From positions 1 through 58,133 of IMG/VR virus record IMGVR_UViG_3300050161_000124: 58,133 bases of DNA; one strand, given 5' to 3'. This document shows positions 10,279 to 20,174 of the stretch, piece after piece. Each line of letters starts with the position of its first letter. Position 1 is the stretch's first letter. Position numbers and translations under genes: made by a program. Source of the stretch: a virus (lineage: Duplodnaviria; Caudoviricetes). The notes beneath the pieces are model-generated. The model did no database searches. It was given only the letters and a program-made list of their open reading frames with translations, and was not told the origin of the DNA.

Positions 10279-11124
10279 TTAGCTTAGAAATATAGATCCT
10301 AATATTAACACAAGTACCGCTTTTTCTAAAGGGTCAGAAACGTCTTTCGCATATTGAACAAAGTCCTCCCCTGCAAAATCTGAAGACAGCAGAGCATTCT
10401 CGATATCACTAATATCTGAAACGTTTACTAAAGATCTCAGCAGACTAACTTTGATTGGCAGGGCGATCTCTACTAAAGGCTTAATTCCTAGTAGAGAACC
10501 TGAATAAGTCTTAGATAACCAATAGTAATAACAAACGTTAGAGACTACGTAAAACTTTAATAAGTAAGAATCGGCGTTAGTAATAGCAGTATTAAAGGTT
10601 AATGTCGACCCTGAAATTGAGTAGGCCGACTCTGCCACGAGAGTACCTGATTTGTACACGTACACTTTATCGTATTGGTTCGTAGCGTAGGGAAGTGATA
10701 TTACAGTAGCCCCTATGTCTAAGTCTTGAGAGTTACTAGAGATTAATAATTCCGGGGTAATTTGAACAGTGCTATCTACTATTACTGACGTTAGTCTAGG
10801 TCGTGATGATAGCAGGCAAGTCTTACAAACTCCACCATTAGCAATGCAAGAGGATAGACTTCGGGTTCTAACTTTGTAAATACCTAGACTAGACAACGTA
10901 ACTAGTCGACTAAAAGTAATGACCGATCCTGTGTCAACTTCGGTGGACCCTATTAGATCTTGATGAAGATCTGCCTCTACCCCAAGCACGGTTCCGCAAT
11001 CATCTTCAACCACCTTTACTCGGGGATTAAACAGGGTATAGATAGCATTGTACACTAAGCTGTTACTAGGTTGTACAGAGTCCAGGGCAGACTCAAACAG
11101 AAGTGTGTTGGTATAGTTACGCAT
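10279..11124 (-). CDS. protein with an RNA polymerase beta-prime-like zinc-binding domain
   Basis: VVEDDCGT...VRTRSLSSC...GVCKTC matches the RpoC EDDCGT...VRS..C...GVC..C four-Cys segment. The rest is unrelated to RpoC. Confidence 0.65.
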   Translation of the reverse strand: MRNYTNTLLFESALDSVQPSNSLVYNAIYTLFNPRVKVVEDDCGTVLGVEADLHQDLIGSTEVDTGSVITFSRLVTLSSLGIYKVRTRSLSSCIANGGVCKTCLLSSRPRLTSVIVDSTVQITPELLISSNSQDLDIGATVISLPYATNQYDKVYVYKSGTLVAESAYSISGSTLTFNTAITNADSYLLKFYVVSNVCYYYWLSKTYSGSLLGIKPLVEIALPIKVSLLRSLVNVSDISDIENALLSSDFAGEDFVQYAKDVSDPLEKAVLVLILGSIFLS

Positions 11125-11130
11125 TACTAA

Positions 11131-12726
11131 TTAAAGAGAATTAGAGGTAGACGACGAATATTTACTTACCCCTTTAAGTAGAGACACCTTAGACTTTGGT
11201 GCTGCACCTGAACTGGAGAGCGTAGGTCTGATGAACGTAAGTTTCGGACTTGATTGTAAGAAAGGGGCTGAGGTTAGGACTAGGGAATTTGAGAACATAT
11301 TTTCTACCGCATGGGCCGCAGACTTAGGAGCAGAGGCGATGACCCCAGAAGCCTTCTTAAGGGTCTTTAACGCCTCTTTATAGTCAGAGGAGACCCCTTG
11401 TAGCTGACCGGCAATATTACGCCCAAAGCCCCGTATAGAGCTGTTTACGAGGTTCACTAAGGCAATTGCCTTACGACTGATATTCGTTATATCTCGAAGT
11501 ATATTTCTGACAGGGTTGATCAACCCGTTAACAATTGAGTTTGCCGCATTGAAGGTGTTGCTTACGAGCTTTGTTAGGCTCGAGAGAACCCCGTAGATGG
11601 GCGAGAATAGATTGGTCCGAATACCGTTCAGGGACGAAGTTACTGTCTGATACATAGCTGAGTTCTGAACGCTAGCAAGATAAGATAGGGTTGATTTATT
11701 CCAGCCCTCTACTGTGTTTTGTAACCCCGATACCGTGCCGTATGTGCTGGTAACCAAGCCGCCAAATACTCCCCCTATGCCCGAGCCCAGCTGAGATAAG
11801 GCAGAGCCCCGCTGAGTTAGAGATGCTAAGGGGTCTTGTATTACGGAAGTAAGAGACGCTAGTTTCCCTTTCAAACTGTTTATATTGGCCTGGGAGACTA
11901 GAGTAGCAGCCTTGCTAAAATCCACGCTAGCTAAACGATTACTCGTAACCATATCCAAGTTAGTAGCAGGGATAGGCTCTACGATTTTAGCAATGAATTG
12001 AAACGTAAAAGGAATATCTACGTCTCTGCTGGCGTCTTGATTCCAGGAGAATCCGGAAATAGTACCTGTGATCGCCATATTAGGTAGTACTATCTTCAAC
12101 AGCTCATAGTTCTTCGCTGTTTGACTACCTCGTAAGAAATCATCATACATTTTCAACCAAGTTACGAACCAGTTATTATCAGCACTATCGATCAGTAAAC
12201 CTGAGATGTTGAAGATCAAGGGTTGGCGCCCAAAGTAATATACAACTTCATTATCTCCGAATACCTCTGAGATTTGAACCTTCTCTGACATAGAACAAGA
12301 TACTCCCGTAAGCAGGAACTTGTCGTAGCCTCGGCTGCTAGCCCCTGACGGATCAGACATACGAGAAACCTCGTTACTACTACCCAACAGGTCGGCTCTA
12401 TAAGTAACGTCCCTGGTGGCGTCCCCTTTGACGTAGCTTCTATACTGGTCTTGGCTAGTCAGTAGCTTAATGTAAGACCACTGACCCCTATCTCCGTCAT
12501 TGTTGGACCCACCATACTCGTTCAACGCAGTAGTACCGTACCGAGCACGATTACTAAATAGTCGCTCAGTCTGTTTAATTTTGCCGTCTTCTTGTAGAAC
12601 GTTAGTAACACGCTTACCCTGCCGAGCCAGAGTATTAGTAATTTCCTGCGCTTTGAGCACATTGTCAGGCGTGTTATTACCAATCAATCCTGTGATTGCA
12701 TTATCAAGTGTGAATACGTTAGACAT
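11131..12726 (-). CDS. putative tail tube initiator/baseplate-associated protein
   Basis: 531 aa. FLLTGVSCSMSEKVQI...FG...YYFG tube-like fold followed by a helical low-complexity region; adjacent to the tape measure. Confidence 0.5.
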   Translation of the reverse strand: MSNVFTLDNAITGLIGNNTPDNVLKAQEITNTLARQGKRVTNVLQEDGKIKQTERLFSNRARYGTTALNEYGGSNNDGDRGQWSYIKLLTSQDQYRSYVKGDATRDVTYRADLLGSSNEVSRMSDPSGASSRGYDKFLLTGVSCSMSEKVQISEVFGDNEVVYYFGRQPLIFNISGLLIDSADNNWFVTWLKMYDDFLRGSQTAKNYELLKIVLPNMAITGTISGFSWNQDASRDVDIPFTFQFIAKIVEPIPATNLDMVTSNRLASVDFSKAATLVSQANINSLKGKLASLTSVIQDPLASLTQRGSALSQLGSGIGGVFGGLVTSTYGTVSGLQNTVEGWNKSTLSYLASVQNSAMYQTVTSSLNGIRTNLFSPIYGVLSSLTKLVSNTFNAANSIVNGLINPVRNILRDITNISRKAIALVNLVNSSIRGFGRNIAGQLQGVSSDYKEALKTLKKASGVIASAPKSAAHAVENMFSNSLVLTSAPFLQSSPKLTFIRPTLSSSGAAPKSKVSLLKGVSKYSSSTSNSL

Positions 12727-12952
12727 TACCGGTTACTTTGAAATTAACAAGTTTTATTACTGCGTTTGCTACTAAGGACTGCTGTTGACCTTTGATCCCC
12801 CCGAATTGCATAGGTAGGTATTCAAGACCTTCTGAAGAAGATCTTAGACTATCAGTGATAGATTTAACTCGCTCTACATATAGATTAAAAGGGGTTAGCG
12901 GAGTTAGTACCGGACGGACAAAGTCCTTAGTTGGTTGGTTTATTATTGCCAT
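12719..12952 (-). CDS. hypothetical protein
   Basis: 77 aa ORF tightly packed between the tape measure and 11131..12726. Confidence 0.55.
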   Translation of the reverse strand: MAIINQPTKDFVRPVLTPLTPFNLYVERVKSITDSLRSSSEGLEYLPMQFGGIKGQQQSLVANAVIKLVNFKVTGNV

Positions 12953-12954
12953 GA

Positions 12955-15834
12955 TTATTCTTTCTTATTACTACCGCCTAAAGTTATTAATGAAAAACCC
13001 GGCCTACTAGCGACGGAATCTGCAAAAAGCTTAGTAGCGGATAGGAAGGTATTGCTTGCTCTGTCGATGTTATTAGAAGCGGTTAAGAACCCTGAGTAAT
13101 CAACGCCCCCTCTAGCAGCCATAGCCGCCTGAGAATTAGCACCTGCAGCAGATCTTAAGGTAGCCAAAATCCCCTGCTGCTCCTCTGCGGTGCCTAGTAA
13201 GTTTAGGCCGTTTCCTTTGATTCTACCGCCGGACCTACGACCTATCTCCCCCTGCATAATCCTGGTTATTTTACCCCTATCCCCACTAGCATCCCGGATA
13301 GCTCTTTGGATGATAGGGTCGTCACTAAATCTAGAAGGGTCTTGAGAGGCCTGCTCTGGAGTCATCATGCTAGCCGCAACAAACCCAGATTTACCGTAAC
13401 CACCTTTCAAGCCGGCATCAACTATAGATCTAAGTTTACTCACCCTATTACCGGTACCTAAAGCCCCGCTTAACTCAGAATACTTGGCGTTTTTCAAGGT
13501 ATCTTCTAAGTTTAGCCCTAGCTTACCGCCGGCCCCAAAAATATCCTCGGCTTGACCTAGAATTCTAAGATTATCGAAAAGGGAGTTCTTAATACCTGTG
13601 ATGGAATCTAAGTTGGCCCTATCATCGTCTGTGCCTGAAGTACGGTTGAATATATTACCTTTAGCCGCAGCAGCAGTATCATCAAATAGCTTAGAGGAAG
13701 AATCCAAACTATCATTCATCTTATCAAAATCAGACCCAGGCTGAGATTGAATAAAGTCGGCAAACAACTTTTTAGCGTTAGGGCTGTCAAATCCTTCTAT
13801 TAGCAGTTTTCTTGCCACATCTGCTCCAGGGCCACCGCCCGCTGCTGCACTATTAAGCCTATCTAGGACTTTATACTTATCCGACAGGCTTTGACTAGCT
13901 TTACGAACCCCGTTTCGATCCTTGTAGTTTTTATAGTTGTATTTATCATCTGAAGAAGCTCCCTTCAGGATATTATCCATGTTTAATCCAACCGCGCCGG
14001 CGTCTCTATTAGAGATACTGTCGCCCATGTTCCACCAGTCACTCACCTGTTCTACGGCATCACTGATACTACCAACCAAGCCGTTACCTTTGTAACCAAA
14101 GGTGTCGGCGAACGCAAGGTTAATACTTTTACCGAACTTGCTAAGGGGTCGAAATATGTTTCTGTTAGCAAAACTATTAGATAATCCTTGTTGATTTATA
14201 GTCTGTCGCATTTGTTCATTCTCCTGCGCAGCAAAGGCTTTTACTTGTTGGTCGTAAACCTCCCCGTTAGTCTGCGAGGCTCTCAGTGAGACGTAAGATT
14301 GAGTCTGCTCAGGTGTTAGTCCCATACCTATCAGAGAAGCTGATAACTCATTTACCGAGAATTTACCGTTAGCCCCTGGTCTTCTACCGATAGTTTGTAG
14401 GTTACCAATAGCTCTACGTTCCAGCCCCATGTGACCTTCCTCCTCCGCCATTCGACTAGCCATATGACCTCCGTACAGCCCCATGGCACCTTGCATAGCA
14501 AAGGGGTCTTTTGAAGCCAGGTTACCGAAAGCTGAAACAGTACCGACTACGCCGGAATCACCGCCCCCACCAAGGTACCTATTAGCCTGCATCATTCTGC
14601 TGAACGGGGACTGCAGCCCGCTCATTTGAGCAGCCATGGCTGATTGAGTAGCCCCCTCTACCCCACCCATTCGTGCAAACTGAGCAGTAGACATAATCCC
14701 CGCTCTTTGTGCAGAGGCAAAGCCGGAGAACGCAGTAGCAGCGGAGATTTGACCTAGATAAGGAGTGATACCGTTCATCTGGAACATATACTGCCCTTGA
14801 CTACCGACGGTGTTCATAACCCGTTGAACCGAAGCCCCAGCAGCGCTAGCCTGCATGCCAATAGCAGAGTACGCCCCTGCCGCCTGAGACATCGCACCAC
14901 CGGCAATACTGGCACCGCCCACTTTTAACTTGCCTAGTTCCTCTATAGCAGTTTGAATATTAGGGTCTTTAGATATCGCTACGATCATTTTGATCTGAGA
15001 AGCAATCGAAGCTACTCTCTTAGTAATTTGCGAAGATCCTACGTCGTCAAACAGACCAGAGTTCATACCCATGGCCGCAATGCCGTGGTATTGATTAGCA
15101 GAGAACGTCATGTCCTTGATGCCGCCCCTATCAATCTGAGATCCTATCCCTGCAGACTCCCTACCGCTCAAGCCTCTACCGGATATCACGCCGCCCCCTG
15201 CGCCTCCAAAGGTAATTCCCGAGAAACTGTCCTGAACCGTGCTGCTCATTTGACGCGAGCGAATGTAGGGTTGAAACACCGCCCCATCCATTGCGTCGGC
15301 TGCAGCCATGCCTGCCCCGAGGGGTAGTAAAAAGCCTCCTGCAAAACCACCAATAGCTCTGGCACCCATAGATAACCCGCCCGTACCACTAGCCCCTAAC
15401 CCAGTGGCTAAACCTCCAAGTAAGCCCCTACCAGCCATAGCCCCTGGCCCGGATAATAGCTTGTTAGAGAGTAAGAACGCAGCTGTAGGCATTATGTAGT
15501 TTTGGCCTACGTGCATTGCCAAATCAATAGGTCTACCCCCTATGGCGTTGAAGGCATTGCGATTGTTATCCACTGGGTTTCCCCAGTAAGGGTCTTTACC
15601 TATTCCAGCAGCTTGGCCTAGTGCCCCCATAAATCCGGGTTTTTGATAGGACGCGTACGGGTTTGGGCCTTGGTACGCAGGCCTGTACGAAGCGTCATAC
15701 GCAGGAGTTTGATAGTTAGGATTGACCCCCCACCCAGGGTACAGGTGAGACATGCTAAGAGGATTACTGAAGCTATTCGCTGACTGATTGGCGTCAGTCC
15801 TAAACATATCGCTTGACGGACCGTATGGATTCAT
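12955..15834 (-). CDS. tape measure protein
   Basis: 959 aa Gly/Ala/Ser/Met-rich helical protein directly downstream of a frameshifted chaperone pair. Confidence 0.7.
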   Translation of the reverse strand: MNPYGPSSDMFRTDANQSANSFSNPLSMSHLYPGWGVNPNYQTPAYDASYRPAYQGPNPYASYQKPGFMGALGQAAGIGKDPYWGNPVDNNRNAFNAIGGRPIDLAMHVGQNYIMPTAAFLLSNKLLSGPGAMAGRGLLGGLATGLGASGTGGLSMGARAIGGFAGGFLLPLGAGMAAADAMDGAVFQPYIRSRQMSSTVQDSFSGITFGGAGGGVISGRGLSGRESAGIGSQIDRGGIKDMTFSANQYHGIAAMGMNSGLFDDVGSSQITKRVASIASQIKMIVAISKDPNIQTAIEELGKLKVGGASIAGGAMSQAAGAYSAIGMQASAAGASVQRVMNTVGSQGQYMFQMNGITPYLGQISAATAFSGFASAQRAGIMSTAQFARMGGVEGATQSAMAAQMSGLQSPFSRMMQANRYLGGGGDSGVVGTVSAFGNLASKDPFAMQGAMGLYGGHMASRMAEEEGHMGLERRAIGNLQTIGRRPGANGKFSVNELSASLIGMGLTPEQTQSYVSLRASQTNGEVYDQQVKAFAAQENEQMRQTINQQGLSNSFANRNIFRPLSKFGKSINLAFADTFGYKGNGLVGSISDAVEQVSDWWNMGDSISNRDAGAVGLNMDNILKGASSDDKYNYKNYKDRNGVRKASQSLSDKYKVLDRLNSAAAGGGPGADVARKLLIEGFDSPNAKKLFADFIQSQPGSDFDKMNDSLDSSSKLFDDTAAAAKGNIFNRTSGTDDDRANLDSITGIKNSLFDNLRILGQAEDIFGAGGKLGLNLEDTLKNAKYSELSGALGTGNRVSKLRSIVDAGLKGGYGKSGFVAASMMTPEQASQDPSRFSDDPIIQRAIRDASGDRGKITRIMQGEIGRRSGGRIKGNGLNLLGTAEEQQGILATLRSAAGANSQAAMAARGGVDYSGFLTASNNIDRASNTFLSATKLFADSVASRPGFSLITLGGSNKKE

Positions 15835-15849
15835 TGGGTTAAGAAGTAG

Positions 15850-15871
15850 AAAAGGCCCTTGTGAGGCCTTT
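15850..15871 (-). terminator. hairpin AAGGCC-N7-GGCCTT followed by a short T run (weak terminator/attenuator before tape measure)
   Basis: Inverted repeat seen in the sequence. Confidence 0.4.
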
Positions 15872-15893
15872 GTATTTTAGATCTATATAAAAA

Positions 15894-16289
15894 TTACAGA
15901 CTAGGTAGGCCCGTTACTGAAAGGTTGTTCTTTGCGGAATTACCGTACATTATGGGCCTAGAAGTTCGGATTCGTTCTTCGTAGAAAGCAAGCATGTCAG
16001 TCTCTATCTTATTGCCAGACACCATTTCTTCACCGAACATCATACACACATACTCTTCAAATACTGTCTTGGCTTGTTTTTCCCAGCTAGATCTTTGAGA
16101 ATCTTCGGTAATCATGGGAGCACCTATAGTTAGCATAAGCATCATTTGATGCTTCTTGGCTTCTAGCTTTGCTTCATGAATCAGGTACTGCCTATATGCG
16201 ATATCCCTGAGGCTTCCTAGGGCTGGTACCTGAATACCCCGGAAGTGCAACTGCATTCTTTGCAGAGCCCAGGGCGCCTTTAGAAATTT
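15894..16289 (-). CDS. tail assembly chaperone, -1 frameshift extension (gpGT-like)
   Basis: -1 frame ORF entered at slippery heptamer A AAT TTC (16283-16289). Confidence 0.7.
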   Translation of the reverse strand, partial: KFLKAPWALQRMQLHFRGIQVPALGSLRDIAYRQYLIHEAKLEAKKHQMMLMLTIGAPMITEDSQRSSWEKQAKTVFEEYVCMMFGEEMVSGNKIETDMLAFYEERIRTSRPIMYGNSAKNNLSVTGLPSL

Positions 16290-16828
16290 TGTTCGCCTTC
16301 CTTGCACGCCGCCGCTACTTTACTGTCAAATTTAGACAAGGCCATTAATAGCATGCCGACCAACGGGCCCGGCAGACGTTCTACGAACTTTACCTTTTCC
16401 TCAGGCTTCATCGTAGACAAGTCTTGACCCTTATAATTTGACATAGCGAACTTCAGGTTCATCAATGACCGGATAGACTCTACCGTGGATATTAGATTAG
16501 ATCCTGACGAGTCAATCTGACGTTGAATATCTGAGATTTCTTCTGCGGTACGAGTACGGAAAGTAACTGGAACTTTACCCCTGAGATTAATAGTCTCTGA
16601 GTACTCTCCTGAGAAGATAATCTCGTCAAACACCGCCAGAAGCTCGGTCTGACTAAACTCTTCTTTAATATCTTCGACTTGACTTTGTTCACTACCGGCC
16701 CCTGACGTAGCTTCAGGCGAAGGACTGCGTGTTGGGCTAGGATTAGGGTCAGTAGGGAACAGATTATTCTTAGCCTGACGAGCAGGCTTGAAGGTCTTAC
16801 TTGCAGGGAGTTCGAATTCTGATGACAT
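16280..16828 (-). CDS. tail assembly chaperone (gpG-like)
   Basis: 182 aa ORF ending in a slippery site, upstream of the tape measure. Confidence 0.7.
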   Translation of the reverse strand: MSSEFELPASKTFKPARQAKNNLFPTDPNPSPTRSPSPEATSGAGSEQSQVEDIKEEFSQTELLAVFDEIIFSGEYSETINLRGKVPVTFRTRTAEEISDIQRQIDSSGSNLISTVESIRSLMNLKFAMSNYKGQDLSTMKPEEKVKFVERLPGPLVGMLLMALSKFDSKVAAACKEGEQNF

Positions 16829-16875
16829 AGTAGTTAAGTTCTTGAGATTGGTTATGTACCAGGATTATAACACTA

Positions 16876-18471
16876 TTAGAATGTAAAGACAGAGTCTCCG
16901 CCGGCTTCTCTGTCTTGATAAACGAACTCGCCTTTGACTATCATAAAAGCAACGAAGGCAAATACAAGCGAGTGCAAGAAATCGTCGGTACCATCTTCAT
17001 CCTTACGGTAAAGTCTGCGCCCACTATTAGACTCTTCTTCATAGATATGAAGGGCATCAGACCAGAAGGGCTCCATAACAGACCAAGACGGGCTTTCTAT
17101 CTTCGCAGGCCCCATCTTCACTTTAATAACCGCAGTGTCTATTGCCAAGGTTCTGTCTGCGGCAAAGTAGTTCCCCTCTTTGTCAAAACGAAGATTAGTC
17201 TTTGCTGCAACGTAGTTAACCATACTGACGCGGTCGTCCCCCAAGGCTCTTTTCATCAACTGACCTTGAAGTACGCCTACGCCCCTGTCTGAGGCTATGT
17301 GAGTGCATTCAAACTGGCGATATATGTCGATTACTCTAGATACTTGAGCTAGAATGTCTATGCCGTCTAGTTTCTGGGCGTAAACGACATACGCCTTACC
17401 AGAAAAGTCAAAGCCTAAAACAGTGACTACCGTGTAGCTTTTATCTGATCCTGTTACGCTCCAATCTACGCCAAGTACAGTGAATAGGATATTCCTATCG
17501 TCCTTGGGGAACGCTGAATCGAACGTGGTTTTAGTAGGATTACAGACCCCCATGACTTGTCGTAGAGATAGTGGCCTACCACCAGCCCCAACAGGGAGCC
17601 CAAAGACTTCGTTGCTGAGTTTGATATGATCATATCTGCTGGCCTTATCTACTAATTCCCCCCACTTCTTAGGGGTGGTTCGAGCAGGGATGCAGAATTG
17701 AGGGATATGGACTCCAACGTGGTTTGTGATCTTAGGTTTACCGGCGATCCATTTACCAGTCTTCATATCCAGCAATCCGCCGCAACTAGGGCATCCTGGG
17801 CCATTGGGGTTTGCTTTAATGATTTTCAGGCACGTTTCAAACTCGTTAGGTATAGCGTGCTTACCGCACTTAGGACAACGGACCACCCACTCAAGCATGT
17901 TAGAGCGGTTAAATAGAACCGTCAGAGTATTAGACTCCCCCTTAGCGGTGCCAGTATACCGCCTAAACATATGATCTGAAGCTGATAGGGTTTCTTCTAG
18001 AATAGGCAACGCTTCAAGAGAAGCATCTTGAACCTCATCGTAGTACATCTGGTCTGCAGATACGCCTCGAACTCTGTCAGCATCTTGCTCAGTTTCTGCA
18101 TAGGCTAGAGTAACCGAAGACCCATTAGTAAACGTGCGCAAGAACACGTTCTTCTTGGAAGAAGAATCGACGAAGTGATTTTTAACTATAGGCGAGTTAA
18201 TAAAAGGTTCTAGATATTGAGAGGAGAATCGGGAAGTTTGTTGAGACAGGGGACTTACAAAGAGAGTAGAGAAGAATTTACGAAGAATGGAAGTAGATAT
18301 GATTGCACTAGCTAAACTAACTGACTTGCCTATTTGTCGACCACAGCACGCGGTGAGGGTAGGGGGAGAGATGTCATACACTAATTGGAAGGGCTTATAC
18401 TCAGATAGGTCGAGGGGCTTACCTTTTAACGTAAGAATGGCAGGCGCTAGTTGGGAGGCTAATATTTCCAT
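16876..18471 (-). CDS. terL: terminase large subunit (lambda GpA-like)
   Basis: Walker A GRQIGKS, Walker B YYDEVQD, CPKC/CPSC zinc finger, nuclease motifs LGVDW and DDFLHS. Confidence 0.9.
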   Translation of the reverse strand: MEILASQLAPAILTLKGKPLDLSEYKPFQLVYDISPPTLTACCGRQIGKSVSLASAIISTSILRKFFSTLFVSPLSQQTSRFSSQYLEPFINSPIVKNHFVDSSSKKNVFLRTFTNGSSVTLAYAETEQDADRVRGVSADQMYYDEVQDASLEALPILEETLSASDHMFRRYTGTAKGESNTLTVLFNRSNMLEWVVRCPKCGKHAIPNEFETCLKIIKANPNGPGCPSCGGLLDMKTGKWIAGKPKITNHVGVHIPQFCIPARTTPKKWGELVDKASRYDHIKLSNEVFGLPVGAGGRPLSLRQVMGVCNPTKTTFDSAFPKDDRNILFTVLGVDWSVTGSDKSYTVVTVLGFDFSGKAYVVYAQKLDGIDILAQVSRVIDIYRQFECTHIASDRGVGVLQGQLMKRALGDDRVSMVNYVAAKTNLRFDKEGNYFAADRTLAIDTAVIKVKMGPAKIESPSWSVMEPFWSDALHIYEEESNSGRRLYRKDEDGTDDFLHSLVFAFVAFMIVKGEFVYQDREAGGDSVFTF

Positions 18472-18516
18472 ACAATACTAGTTTAGTCTGAGTTTTTTCA
18501 ATATTTTAGTAAAGAC

Positions 18517-18525
18517 TGGTATAAG
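18517..18525 (+). promoter_or_regulatory. TGGTATAAG promoter-like motif (copy 1 of 5)
   Basis: Identical 9-mer upstream of plus-strand genes at 18517, 22633, 27151, 51504 and 55161. Confidence 0.7.
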
Positions 18526-18592
18526 AGTATTGCGTAGAACACCTATGCATTTCTTCTCCTTTTCTTTTCCTTTTTTCTAGAAAAAAATCATC

Positions 18593-18802
18593 ATGGCAAT
18601 TATCAAGACGATCATCAAGGTTCCGGCTCTGGACGCAGTGTACAACGTTCCGGGTTCATGGGACGCCGCTCAAATCCAGAGCATGTACGCGCAGCAGATC
18701 CCAGGTATCTCAAGCATGGTCTCAACAGTGACTAACTCGACGACTCCGGAAGGTGAAGTTCGGGAAATTACGTTTACCGCTCGTTCAGGTAACAAGGGCT
18801 AA
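18593..18802 (+). CDS. ubiquitin-like protein (PRTRC protein C / Prok_Ub-like)
   Basis: 69 aa, beta-grasp-sized, ends F..RSGNKG like the G-x-K-G terminus of PRTRC protein C; leads an E2/JAB/E1 operon. Confidence 0.8.
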   Translation: MAIIKTIIKVPALDAVYNVPGSWDAAQIQSMYAQQIPGISSMVSTVTNSTTPEGEVREITFTARSGNKG

Positions 18803-18834
18803 TTCTTTAGCTTTTGCTACAATGTATCCGTAGT

Positions 18835-18863
18835 AAAAAGGCAGACACTTGTCTGCTTTTTTT
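18835..18863 (+). terminator. intrinsic terminator after the Ubl gene
   Basis: GCAGAC-ACTT-GTCTGC followed by T7. Confidence 0.75.
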
Positions 18864-18890
18864 AGTCTTTCAATTTACAACTGCCAAGTC

Positions 18891-19874
18891 ATGAAAACAA
18901 TAGGACTAAGCAAAGCAGACTACGAACTCGTGTCGGAAGCGGAGCCCCTGGACTCACATGTAACAACTTATTCTATACTGCAAAAACAACTGCAGTTTGA
19001 AAAACCGTTGTACTCTAAAGAGTCGTTAGCAAACCCCTTTCAACACCTCAGAGGGCATGCAGTAGGATCGGCTGTAGCTCGAGTTCTACTGGCCGTTCTT
19101 CAGCAAGATGAAGAGTCTCTCGTTGAAGTACAGGCAAGCGGTAGCTGTCTACACATAATCTTTAACTCTACAGCAGCGCCAGCTGAACTGTCCAGGCTAC
19201 TAGCAACGACGTACAGATACTTATCGTACGTAAGGCTTAAAGCAATGCGACATGGGATAGGGTTTACCGGGGCAGTAGTGTATAAAAACATGACAGATAC
19301 GGCTGAGGAGGAGTTCCTCCGTACCAAAATCGCCGTAGTACTACTACCATACGACGACACTTATATCCCAGAAGACCAGGAGAAGATCGTACGGAAAATA
19401 CAGCAAGCTGCATTGTCTATACATCATAAGGATGAGAAACTAGACCCCTTACTTGCTAACTTCAACTACGCGACTTCAGGGTTATGGGTTGGACCTATAC
19501 TCGCCCGCGCAAAACACTTGATTAAAGACGATGATATTCGTCATAACTACCAGAAATACTGGGTAGCACAACTCAGGTTAGAAAGAGTGGGGTCGGAGTA
19601 TGCTGGTGAAGCAGGCTACTCAGCCTACGATTGTCACTCCTCGGTGACGAGACTTGTGATTGATAGAATAAGTGAGGCTACTTCAGCCGGCAATTTGAAA
19701 GGGTATGTAGAGTCTTCCTTAATAAAGGACCTACACGAGGGTGCAGAGGCAAAGACCGACGAGGATGCCGGCGCATTAGCTCTAATGTTCATCCATCTAT
19801 TACCTGACATACTTAAAAAGATCAAGAGGATAATACCTTATGAACATACAGCAATTCTTGAAACAGGCCTCTGA
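18891..19874 (+). CDS. hypothetical protein in Ubl operon
   Basis: Long ORF. Start moved to ATG 18891 because the track's 18849 start lies inside the terminator hairpin. Confidence 0.7.
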   Translation: MKTIGLSKADYELVSEAEPLDSHVTTYSILQKQLQFEKPLYSKESLANPFQHLRGHAVGSAVARVLLAVLQQDEESLVEVQASGSCLHIIFNSTAAPAELSRLLATTYRYLSYVRLKAMRHGIGFTGAVVYKNMTDTAEEEFLRTKIAVVLLPYDDTYIPEDQEKIVRKIQQAALSIHHKDEKLDPLLANFNYATSGLWVGPILARAKHLIKDDDIRHNYQKYWVAQLRLERVGSEYAGEAGYSAYDCHSSVTRLVIDRISEATSAGNLKGYVESSLIKDLHEGAEAKTDEDAGALALMFIHLLPDILKKIKRIIPYEHTAILETGL

Positions 19875-20172
19875 AGCACCTGCCATAACCAGTAGGTACT
19901 CTGTGGCCAAGCTGAGAAGTGATGCCAACGACTTAGCAGATAAGGTACGGGAAGAATACTTAGCCATAGGACCTGATACCCCTTTAATTGACCAAATAGC
20001 GGCTGCTAAAAGGCGAATTAAAGCTGCTAGGTTTGTATATTTAAGCCGGGCAATTGTTACCCACCTAGCAGCTGAACCAAGTAATAAGGTAAGGGATATG
20101 ATACAAATCGTAGAAGATCGAATACCAGCTCTAATACCTATGTTTAACGTGGACGATGGAGATTTCATCTAA
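19840..20172 (+). CDS. hypothetical helical protein in Ubl operon
   Basis: 110 aa ORF ending 2 nt before the E2 start. Confidence 0.65.
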   Translation: MNIQQFLKQASEAPAITSRYSVAKLRSDANDLADKVREEYLAIGPDTPLIDQIAAAKRRIKAARFVYLSRAIVTHLAAEPSNKVRDMIQIVEDRIPALIPMFNVDDGDFI

Positions 20173-20174
20173 TC

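Noticed and set aside
18849-18890. ORF-track N-terminal extensions (also 38817, 49808, 55882)
   Set aside because: They lie within terminator hairpins, intergenic leaders or upstream genes; downstream ATGs fit better.
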